Of a DNA stretch of 64,000 bases, positions 1 through 9,091 are shown piece after piece. The stretch is from Emiliania huxleyi CCMP1516 (Eukaryota): NCBI RefSeq assembly GCF_000372725.1, contig NW_005201792.1:1119440-1183439 (forward strand). The letters are read 5' to 3'. The notes beneath the pieces are model-generated. The model had not been told where the DNA came from. It was given only the letters and a program-made list of their open reading frames with translations, and did no database searches. Positions within the stretch are counted from its first letter, which is position 1, and every line of letters starts with the position of its first letter. The position numbers and the translations under genes are program-made.

Positions 1-283
1 AAATAGCGCCGGGAGCGAGATCCAGTCTCTCACCCCCACGGAAGACCGCAGGGGAGCCCGGCACCCACATTCCTCCACTCCCACCGGCCCAGCCACGGCG
101 CTCGTGTGGCGGTGCGCGGTCCGCTCGCCACCCTGCTTTTGGTGGGCGAGCCGGCAAAAGCGCAGGGCGAAAACCCGGCGGGACTACCGTGCGACCTAGG
201 GTTAGGGTTTGCGGAATGGCGCACTTGGTGCAGCCAGACCTCGGGGCGAGGAACCGACAATTCCCGCCACGTCTCCAGGCGCG
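1..283 (-). ncRNA. Candidate telomerase RNA (TR/TER), probably a Pol III type-3-promoter transcript
   Basis: Minus strand: template 5'-AACCCUAACCCUA-3' (209-197), complementary to TTAGGG repeats. Hairpin UGGC-UGCAC-CAA-GUGC-GCCA just 5' of the template. H-type pseudoknot GCCGG(179-175)/CCGGC(154-150) with GUUUUC loop and GCCCU-GC-GCUUUU(168-156)/AAAAGC-AGGGU(140-130). Enclosing helices GUGGCGG/CCGCCAC, CGGU-CC/GG-ACCG and CUCGCC/GGCGAG. Terminal stem GCGCCUGGAG(282-273)/CUCCCGGCGC(15-6) followed by UAUUU at the window edge. Confidence 0.8.
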
Positions 284-301
284 CAACCTAAAAGAAAACA
301 C

Positions 302-309
302 TTTATAAA
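302..309 (-). promoter_or_regulatory. TATA box of the candidate telomerase RNA gene
   Basis: TTTATAAA in otherwise GC-rich DNA, about 20-25 nt upstream of the predicted 5' end (~283). This spacing fits type-3 Pol III (U6-like) promoters. Confidence 0.6.
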
Positions 310-788
310 CTACACGCCCTCGCCGACGATGCTTCAAACCCGATTTTCTTCCAGCTCTCTCTTCCAGAAGAATCCAGAATCACGATCCAGTTTCGCCTGG
401 AAGACTCTCTCTCTATCAATGTATGTGGCTCTTACGTACGTCCCCTCTCTCGATGCCCACGCCGGCGGCGGCGGCCGCCTGGGGAGCGCATATGGCGGCG
501 CAGGCGCAGGCGGCGGCGGCGGCACACCACAAACGGCGGCGGCCACCCCCACCCAGACGCCGTAGGCATATGACTGTAGGGCCCCAGAAGGCTAGCTGGT
601 AGCTTCATTTGTAGTAGCACAGCCGCCGGTGTGCTAGAGAGGGGTCCCCGCAGACGCGCAGAGGTGTGGGACGGGAGGGTTGAGAGAGAGACCCATGACC
701 ACCCATGACTACATGGACCACACTCACATGTCTTTGCATGTAATAGTTTTGTTATACCCTCATGGGGCACAAGAAAGAGGCTCTACGG

Positions 789-1056
789 GGTCTGACTGTG
801 TACGGTGGTCTGTGCTGCTGTCGGGCTGTCAGCGCTGCTGTCAGGCCACTGTGTGCAACTGTCGGGCTGTCGGGCAGCTGTCAGGCTGTCACGTTAGGGC
901 CTGACAGCGACGGAGCACCTCGACTGTCAGACTCTGCTGTCAGGCTGTCAGATACGTGCTGTGTCAGACTGTCGGAGAAAGTGCTGTCAGTGCGCTGTCA
1001 GCGCTGTCAGGCACTGGTCAGGCGCTGTCCGGGGTTTGCTGTCAGGCTGTCAGACC
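789..1056. mobile_element. MITE-like element with many internal CTGTCAG/CTGTCGG motifs
   Basis: GGTCTGAC (789-796) and GTCAGACC (1049-1056) form an inverted pair around dense CTGTCAG-type repeats. No credible coding content and no clear TSD. Confidence 0.45.
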
Positions 1057-1235
1057 AGGGCTCAGTGCTGAACTCTGAACCTGGGATCTCACAGGACCAC
1101 GCTCCACGGTTTCAATGGGCGTTAAGTTTCATTGCGGACATTGCACATTGGGACGCGCAATGTCCCGCATGTATTGTCTCGGCTGAGAAAAACAACAACC
1201 TGACCAGGGAATCACGAAAAACGTATCGAGCGATG

Positions 1236-1904
1236 TCATCCGTGCCCGTCCCAGACGGAGTCGGACTCCCTCTCCCCGACCCTACCGCCATCCGAGTCTT
1301 CCCGCTCCTCGCCTCGCACCTCCAGCTCGAGTTGAGCCTCACCCGCCGGAGGAGCCTGCACTGCAGCCAGAGCCGTCGCCTCTCCCTCCCACGCCCCAAT
1401 TGCTACCTTGCAGAGAGGGCAGGTATCTTCCGTCAGCAGCCATCGGTCGATGCACTCCGCGTGGAAGTAATGGGCGCACGGAGTACGGCGGACTAGCCGA
1501 GCCGGCTCCGCCTCGAACTGCGACAGACAGATCGAGCACGCCTCCCCCTTCCCGTGCGGAGCGCCTCCACAGCAGCCCCGGCATGTGCAACCGCCCTCCT
1601 CGCAGCTGGCGCAGCTGCAGCGCCGGTACGACTGCTGCGGCATCGCGTCGAGGAGCCGCTCCATCTTCCTCAACTCGCCGTGGTCGCTCGCAGCGGTGCG
1701 AGTGGCTGCAGCCCGGATTTGCAGCCGCCGCCGTGCTATCAGGAGCAGCCCGCAGAGGAGCACGAGGCAGCAACTGCTCGCGAAAGAGATTCCCGCGAGG
1801 ACTATGCCGGACCACTCGCCTTCGGCGTTTGATGGCGGCGGCGGCCACAGCGGCGGGGGATTTGGCGGCGCCGGCGGTGAGAGCTCATACGTGTGATCGT
1901 ACAT
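1236..1904 (-). CDS. Transmembrane RING-H2 (ATL-like) E3 ubiquitin ligase
   Basis: ATG at 1904. Hydrophobic segment IVLAGISFASSCCLVLLCGLLLI, then CSICLSQFE...TPCAHYFHAECIDRWLLTEDTCPLC (C3H2C3 RING-H2). Confidence 0.85.
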   Translation of the reverse strand: MYDHTYELSPPAPPNPPPLWPPPPSNAEGEWSGIVLAGISFASSCCLVLLCGLLLIARRRLQIRAAATRTAASDHGELRKMERLLDAMPQQSYRRCSCASCEEGGCTCRGCCGGAPHGKGEACSICLSQFEAEPARLVRRTPCAHYFHAECIDRWLLTEDTCPLCKVAIGAWEGEATALAAVQAPPAGEAQLELEVRGEEREDSDGGRVGERESDSVWDGHG

Positions 1905-2285
1905 CGTGTTTGTCGAGTCTGCAGGCACTCGACGTAGCCGCCGACGCACGGCTCCGCTTGAGTGGGCTCCGCTAACTAACGACCCGGGACCCGACCCCCC
2001 ACATACCGATGAGCGATGTCAAAAAGAATTTTACAGAGGAATTTCAGAATGAAGAATTCGCGCCCGCAAACCACCCGGCACATGCACCTGCACACGACTC
2101 GCGAGGGGTAGTCGGCGTATCTTGGTAGCCGACGAGGACGCTGCCACCATGCGGCAGAGAGAGGCAAGGCCAAGGGGCGACGAGGCGCGGCGAGGCAAAA
2201 GGCGCGAGGCGAGAGACGAGAGGCGTACAAGGAGAACTAGAGACTCACATACACTTAAACACGGCGAACGTGGAACGTACGGCTC

Positions 2286-3047
2286 TCACTCCGCCGGCGG
2301 CTGCAGCAGCCCGCCCAGATCTCGGATCCACACGTCCGCCAGGCCCTCATGCCGCCCAACCGACGCCTCGGGCCCCACGAGGATGACGGCGGCGAAACCC
2401 GCCCGCCGGCCGGCCACCAGGTCGGCCGCGCTGTCGCCGACCATCGCCACGCGAGAAGGCGCCGCGCCGAGGGCGGCGGCGGCCGACAGGACCATCCCCG
2501 GCTCCGGCTTGGCGCCATGGCCGCTGTCGCAGCAGCGGACGGCCGAGATGAGCGCCGGCTCGTGCTCGGACCCGAGCCAGCCCAGCGCGCCAAGCTGCTC
2601 GCGCGTGCTGCGGTCTTCGTCGTTGGTCGCGACGGCGCACGGGATGTCCGCGTCGCGAAGCGCTCGCAGTAGCTCGGAGGCGTGCGCGGCGGGCGTGACG
2701 TGCGCCACCACCTTGGCGGCCGCCGCGTCGAGCAGCGCACGCCCGTCCGTGTGCGGTGTCAGCAACTCGATCAGCTCCGAGTTGCCCATGTGCACGACTG
2801 GCGCCTCGGGCAGCGGCTCGCGCAGCGCCATGTCGAAGCCCAGGACGTTGGCGATACGCGCGCGCAGCTGACCGTCTGAGCCCGCGCTCTCGCAGATCGC
2901 ATCGTAGATGGCCGGGTTCCACGTCGCGGCAAAGTCGAGCAGCGTCCCGTCCTTGTCAAAGACGACGGCATCAAAGGCCGTCGCCAGCGCGCGTGCCGGC
3001 ATCCCGCCGCGAGCCGTGGCCGAGACGCGTGAGACAAAGTGGTGCAT
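2286..3047 (-). CDS. HAD-superfamily hydrolase (phosphoglycolate phosphatase-like)
   Basis: Motif I FDKDGTL, motif II ATND, KPEP, motif IV MVGDSAADL. Confidence 0.88.
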   Translation of the reverse strand: MHHFVSRVSATARGGMPARALATAFDAVVFDKDGTLLDFAATWNPAIYDAICESAGSDGQLRARIANVLGFDMALREPLPEAPVVHMGNSELIELLTPHTDGRALLDAAAAKVVAHVTPAAHASELLRALRDADIPCAVATNDEDRSTREQLGALGWLGSEHEPALISAVRCCDSGHGAKPEPGMVLSAAAALGAAPSRVAMVGDSAADLVAGRRAGFAAVILVGPEASVGRHEGLADVWIRDLGGLLQPPAE

Positions 3048-3186
3048 GGTCGTCGCAACCGCCGCGACTTGAGCGCGTTTGGCGGAATGTTTTTTCTTTT
3101 TTCTTTCCCTTTGGAATTGATTTTGCTTTGGGACGGGGGCGCTTTTAGTCCCGCCTCTGTGAGGCTGATGACCGGGGGTGAAGTTA

Positions 3187-5305
3187 TCATTCTCCGCTAC
3201 TCAGCGTATCGCGAGGCTCCCAGATCTGCTCTGCGGGCTGGCCCGGGCGGTGCCGTGGCGGGTCGTCGTGCGCCTCGCACCGCAGCTGCTGCAGCCGGGG
3301 CACCACGAAGGCGAGTGTGGAGACCGCCTCCGCTTCGAGCTGCAGCAGCTGGTGCACGCTGAGACTCTCCCCTGCGGCCGCCGCGCGCGCGTGCCCCGCC
3401 CCGTAGGCCCACGCCTGGCGCAGCGCCGCCTCGAGCGCCGCCACAGATTGCTCGAGGTAGGTCACGCGCGCGCGGAGCTGCTCGTTCCGCAGCAGCGCCT
3501 CGCTCCGCAGCGGCGCCTCGCTCCGCAGCAGCGCCTCGCTCCGCAGCGGCGCCTCGCTCCGCAGCGGCGGCTCGGTCGAGGGGACGTTGCCCGGAGACAT
3601 CGAGGGGGGAGGCGCGGGCGGGAGGGGCGCGGAGGCGGGGCTGGCGTGGGAGGGGCTGGCGGTAAAGAGGGAGGCGTGGAAGAGGGAGTGGGCCGCCGGG
3701 GTGCTCGGCGGAGGCGGGGCGACGGCTCGCTCGGGCGGGATCGATGGCAGCGGAGGGGGCGGAGGGGGCGGAGGGGAGGCAGGTGGGGGAAGCTCCCTCC
3801 CCTCCTCCCTCCCCGCCGCACTGCCGCCGCTCTCGCTCGCCTCGCTCCCGAAATCGCAGCTGTCGCCCTCTCCCCCCCCTCCTCCCGCCGCCCCCCCTTC
3901 CTCCCCGCTCGTCCCCGCGCCCGCCGAAGCCGCCTCTCGCAGCAACACCCCAGCACCGCGGCCGCTCGTCGCCGCCCCGCCGCCAACTCGGCCGCCGCTC
4001 CCCCTCGCTCGCGCCTTAACCGCATCCGCGCGCCGGCCCGCAGCGGCGGCCGCCGCGCGCCGCCGCATGCTCTCTCCTAAGGCCTGCCTCTGCTCCTTCG
4101 CCTCCTCCGTCAGCAGCGCCGCCGCCGCCCGGTCCGCCGCCCTCTCTGCCAGCTCGAGCGCCCTCCTCCTCGCCTCAGCGCGCGCCTGCCGGAGGGGCGC
4201 CACAAGCGGGCTGTATCTCGGCTGCATCTCGGCTGCATCTCGGCTGCATCTCGGCTGCATCTAGGAGCATCTCGGCTGCATCTCGGCTGCATCTCGGCTG
4301 CATCTCGGTTGTATCTTTGCTGTATCTCGGCCGGCCTCGCGCCTGCCGGAGCAGAGTGCACAGCCCCTGCGGCGCACCCCCCTCCTCAGCGAGCTCTGGC
4401 AGCGCCTGCAGGAAGGGTCCGGGAAGGGTCAGGGACGAGTCCGCCCGACGCCGCCCCTCGCAAGCCTCCGGCGGCGCCCGGCCGCCGTACGGCCTCTCCG
4501 GGTCGGCGCCACGCGCCAGCAGCAGCTTCGCAGCCGCCTCGCCGCCGCCGCCGCCGCCTCCTCCTCCTCCGGCACTGGACGGCCTCGCCTGCTGCCGCGC
4601 CGCACGTCCACCCGGCTGCTCCGCACCCGACGGGCGAGCCTCTCGAGGCCGCGAGGGCGTCGGCCGAGGCGGCCTCGCAAGCAGCGCGAGCGGCGTGGCC
4701 CCGTCGGCAGCAGCAGCGTCAACCTCTGCGCCAGCGTCGAGGAGGAGCGAGGCGGCTTCAGTCCTGGCCGAGGCGGCTGCGGCGTGGAGCGGAGTCCACC
4801 GACGGCTCTCGTCCACCGCATCGAGCGGCGCCCGGGCGGCGATCAGCAGCCGCACTGCACCCACCCGGCCACGCGAGCAGGCGAGGTGCAGCGGCGTCTC
4901 GCCCGAGCTGCTGCGCATGCCCGCGTTGGCGCCCGCAGCGAGCAGCGCCGAGACCAGCTCCGTCTCGCCCGCGTGAGCCGCGCCGTGCAGCGCCGAGCGA
5001 CCGTCGCCCGCGCAGCTCGCGTCAACGAGCGCGCCCGCGCCGAGCAGGCTCGCTGCAATCTCGCGCCTGCCCGCCCGCGCCGCAGAGTACAGTGGCGTCA
5101 CGCCGCGGGTGTTGCGCCGGTTGACGTCAGCGCCCGCGTCGAGCAGGAGGCGGACGAGCGACTCGTGACCCGCCTCGACCGCCAGAGTCAGGCGGCGAGT
5201 CAGGTCCTCCGCGTCAACGGTCTGGACGGGAGGGCCTAGCGTGCGGCGCGTCGACTCCTCCGGCAGCCCAAAGTGGCCGAAGAGCTCCGCGTCTCGGAGA
5301 ACCAT
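3187..5305 (-). CDS. Ankyrin-repeat protein with coiled-coil/Pro-rich C-terminus (multi-exon, boundaries approximate)
   Basis: Several ankyrin repeats (GVTPLYSAA, GRSALHGAA, GETPLHLAC, WTPLHAAA). Coding continues in ORF 3187..4260 after an intron filled with 11-bp repeats. Confidence 0.75.
3480..3570. repeat. 18-bp coding tandem repeat (LRSEAP/LRSEAL)
   Basis: GCTCCGCAGCGGCGCCTC-type units repeated about 5 times. Confidence 0.85.
4211..4330. repeat. 11-bp intronic tandem repeat (CTCGGCTGCAT)n
   Basis: About 10 visible units. They interrupt the ankyrin gene reading frame, so they are probably intronic. Confidence 0.9.
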
Positions 5306-5362
5306 GCGCTGCAGTCGAAAAGCCCGGCTGCGAACTGCCCGCGCCCGGGGACGGCGCCAGCA

Positions 5363-5455
5363 CAAGAACCAGGTTCGTTGTGAAGAGCTGGGGCGCGCCA
5401 CCCAAGAGCCTAGGTAGGTGCGGATCGGCAAGAGCGCAATCGATCTTTTTGCCCT
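5363..5455 (-). repeat. Dispersed ~90-110 bp repeat (second copy 31981-32089, +)
   Basis: Shared TTGCCGATCCGCA...TCTTGG.TGGCGCGCCCCA..GCTCTTCACAACGAACCTGGTTCT. Confidence 0.8.
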
Positions 5456-5684
5456 CTATCACCTTGGGTTGTTAAGAACTTGAAACACACCACGCAGGGG
5501 CACAGCAAGCACGGATAGCCGTTGAGGAGAAAGGGCGTAAGGTGTATGCGCAGCCACGGCCGTGCCGCGGTGTATGCGCCACCTCCCGCGAGCGCGGCGG
5601 GATCGGAATTGCGGCCGGAGGGAAGGGCGAGCCGCCGCCGCCGCCGCCATATACCATCAGCACAAGAATTTTGCAAGCCACGGA

Positions 5685-7805
5685 ATGGCGGAGGCGGACG
5701 GAGATGGCGGGTGCGCTGCTCGGGATGGAGGGAGGCGCCCTGAGGATGGTGGCTCGGGTGGCCAAGCAGCGGGCGATACAGGTGACGCGCCACTGGCAAG
5801 CGGTGGGGATCCCTCTCGATCGAGTCGCTCGGGACGGAGCGCTTCCCCACGGCCACGCTCGCTCGCCGCCTGTCATGGGTGCGGCGGTAAATTTCGCACA
5901 TTGTTCCACGTGAAGCCGGAAGACGGACCTGCGGCTACGAAAGTAGCTGAAGAGGTGGTTAGCGCCATCCTAGAACGGATTTCTGAGCGGGTGGAAGGGG
6001 AAGCGGAGGAGGGGATGAGGACGCGCCTGTGCCACGCCATGCAGGGACAGGGGGTGTTTGTGTGCTTTTGTTGTGCAGCCCCTGTGGTCCGTGAGAAGAG
6101 GGGGCAAGGAGACGGGTTGGCGGCGAGGGGGGGGGCAGTCGTCGCAACAGGCGAGCGCATCCCGAGCCGGGGCTGCAACTGTGGATCGACCTCCCCCGGC
6201 GCGGATCTTGCCAGGAAGGGCACGAGGCAGCCCGGTGAGGTTCGTGCCGGCAGCAGACAGAGCAAGACAACGGGAGAAGGCGATCCGAGAAGCCGAGATG
6301 AATCAAGAGGCCGCGGTGGCGGGCGAGAGGGCGGTCCTGGCGGAACTCAGGGCGATCGGTCTGTCGTTCGCGGCCAGCACCGGCGTCCTCAGGCCAGTAC
6401 AAGCACGGGAGGTGCGGGGCCTGGCTAAACGACTGGTTGGCTCGACAGACCTTCTTGGACAGGTTTTCCGGTGGGAGGGGGAGGACTACCTCGTCAACGA
6501 CATTGCACCGGGACCGACGTCGTCGGGGGGGCAGGCGATGAAGGCGTACGTCTGCTGTGTGAAGAGGCGTGTGGCATCGGCGGGCCCGCTGTCCGAACAC
6601 AACTCGGCCTTTGATATCCGGTCGGTGCGGGACCGAATCGAGAGGGACCGGGTGAGGGGGAGGCGGCGCAGCTACTGCGCAGTCTACGGCCCGGCGCGGA
6701 GCGGCGGGAGGGAGAAGCGGGACCGTCGGCGAACCCGGGCCCTGCCACCCCCCCTTCGCGAGGGGAGACGAGAGCTAGGCCGGCCCCCACGAGTGAGGTG
6801 GACGGCCGACGCGTGGAACCGCGGCTAGAACGACCGCAGGGGCAGGGGGCCGCCCCCGTGGCCCCGCCCCAGGCGACACGGCTGCCGGCACCGCAACCAC
6901 GCCCGCCTCCACCACCACCGCCTCCGCCTCCACCGCTGGAGCGGCCGTTGGGTCAAGGGGCCGCTGCTGGGGCTTTACACCAGGCGCTGCGGCCGCCGGT
7001 GCCGCCACCGCACCCGCCACCCCCGCCACCGCCTCCGCCCCCGCCGCTGGGGTGGCCGCAGGGTCAGGGGGCCGCCATCGGGGCCCCATACCAAGCGATG
7101 CGACCGCCGGTGCCGCCGCCGTACCCGCCCCCATGCCCGCCCCCCCCCTCAGCCGCCTCCGCCCCCGCCGCCGGCGTGGCCGTCACCGCTCCAACCCACG
7201 CGGAGCCTGGGGGACCCGGAACCGCCCCGTCGGAGGCTGGGGTACCCGGGGGAGGGGTCCGAGGGTGGGGAGGTGCCGTGGGGAGACAGCGGGTCAGCCG
7301 GCGGGCCGGAAGGCCGGGATCGGAGGGCCCCGGGTGAGGCCTGGAGTCAACTCTGTCAAGGGAGGTGAGAGTCGAGCTGACTCGGCCTCTGCGAGTGGAG
7401 TCGGGCCGTGCGAGCCCACCGGAGGTAGACCTGTCGCGGCGGCGGCCGGACCGCCGTGATCTACGACAAGAGGGACCGCGCCTCCCCGAGCTTAGTGAGG
7501 AGCCGGCGGAGGGGAAGGGCGAGCCGAGAACGATAGAGAGGCCACGGATGCGGGCGCGACTCGCCGACCAGGGAGAGCCGGCCCGACCTCCCGGGGAGGG
7601 GTGGCGACGAGACACGATGCCGCCGCCCTCGCCCGGGGAGGCCCCACCCGGGCTGTCAGCTCCCTCGGAGCCAATGGGGCTAGCCGGCGGAGGTGGGGCG
7701 GGGGGGCCGCCTCCGAAGAAGAGACATCAAAAACGAGTGCAGAGGCAGTGGGGCGACGCCCGAAAAGCGAGCAAGAGACCGAACCAGACCGAAGATTCGC
7801 CCTGA
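5685..7805 (+). mobile_element. Degenerate frameshifted ORF, probably ORF1/gag-like of a retroelement
   Basis: Cys clusters (CHGC, CFCC), a charged helical part, three Pro-rich repeats (LERP.GQGAA...RPP.PPP) and a basic C-terminus spread over several frames. G-rich composition unlike the host genes. Followed by structured dispersed repeats. Confidence 0.4.
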
Positions 7806-8032
7806 TGGGTGCGGGACGAGGCCCCCGCGCCGGGGAGCCGCCGCGCAGCCGGGCAGTGTACACGTTAGTTAGTCGTGTGTGTACGTGACGGGTGGTGTCG
7901 TAGTGTCCGTGTCCACTAGCTCCGAGTAGAGGGGGCGTTCTGCAGTTAAGGGGAAACCCGGTACACGGAGCCCTCTCGGAGACCCGTGTTTACTTTACGG
8001 CCCTTTCCCCGCGAACGCGCACCCCCTGGGCT

Positions 8033-8471
8033 AGGGCTCTCCTGCCCGCAACCCGATGCCAATCATCCGGCCCGCTGGGTGCGCTTCTTAGCTCCCCGGC
8101 CCTGGATGTGCGGTTAATGACTGCACTCCAAGTGCTCCAACTGATGCCATGCGTGACCTAGTAGTGTGGTCCTCCCCAGCTGTGTATGGGCGTGTGTCCA
8201 CGTTGGATGGATGGACGATGGCGAGCAAGGCGTGGTGTGGACGCGAGAATAGCTCCGCCGTTCATGGAGGCAACCGATGCGAGCCGACTGGTGTGTGTCG
8301 CCGTCGTGGGGGGTTTCGTATCAAGAATACTCACTCACCGCTAACACACCTCACACGGCTCAGGGCTCTTTTGCTCATAGCCCGATGCCGCCGAGCATCC
8401 GGCCCGCTGGGTGCGCACCTGCGCGCTTCCCGCTTCTCATGCTCCCCGGCAACCCTGCGCCCTGGATGTGA
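8033..8471. repeat. Two copies of a structured repeat (8033-8140, 8362-8471); partial copies at 15343-15397 (+) and 30737-30797 (-)
   Basis: Conserved CATCCGGCCCGCTGGGTGCGC...GCTCCCCGGC...CCTGGATGTG. Three copies continue into GACTGCACTCCAAGTGCTCCAA. Confidence 0.8.
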
Positions 8472-9091
8472 GCCTGCACACTGACCACTGTGACGTTGTG
8501 AGGTTGCCACAACCGGCATTCTCTGGTAGGACGGGAACGAGATGATAGTAGGGAGTAGAAGAAAGCAAAGAGGAGCCCTGCGCACGCACACAGAAAACTG
8601 CGGCCGCCAGCGACTGAGCGTCTCGCTGGCGGACGGGGAGAGGAACACAAAGGGACGTCCGGACGTCCATCCACTGGGATGAGAATACTGGAGATCTGAG
8701 GTCGAATCTGCCGATTCCACAGCCGCCCACAGGAGCGCCGCCTCAACACGGGGTCTCGGCTCTATCGAGCCATGCTAGCTCCAGCCGCAGCCCCACCCGG
8801 CCGCCCGAGGGTGTTCCCGCAGGCAGAGAAGACCAATCCTGGGGGAAGTAACCGTCCGCCGCGCGAACCCCGCCCGCGGGGCACTCTTGACTCTTCCATA
8901 AGTGCTCCAAGTGCCGCTCCGCGTGCCAGGTGTGGACTCTCCTGTGCTCCTTCGACACCGGTGTCAGTTTCTTTAGAGTTTCTTAGTTTTCTCTCTTCAT
9001 ATGGCGTGCGTCCTCCCGCGCGGCGGGGCATCTCATCTTCCAAAGTTCCAAGCTGCCGCAAGCGCCTGTCCGAGCGAAGCCGGGAGCCTTT

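Noticed and set aside
196..210. TAGGGTTAGGGTT as an interstitial telomere remnant or chromosome end
   Set aside because: Only about two repeats, embedded in a complete TR-like fold with a TATA box, so it is better explained as a template.
30..565. Short ORFs overlapping the TR candidate
   Set aside because: No recognisable domains and non-ATG starts; expected by chance in GC-rich DNA.
1134..1168. Inverted repeat GCGGACATTGC/GCAATGTCCCGC downstream of the RING gene
   Set aside because: Isolated hairpin with no second copy or U-tract; no function can be supported.
5902..5914. TGTTCCACGTGAA resembling a bacterial parS site
   Set aside because: Incomplete palindrome, single occurrence, eukaryotic context.
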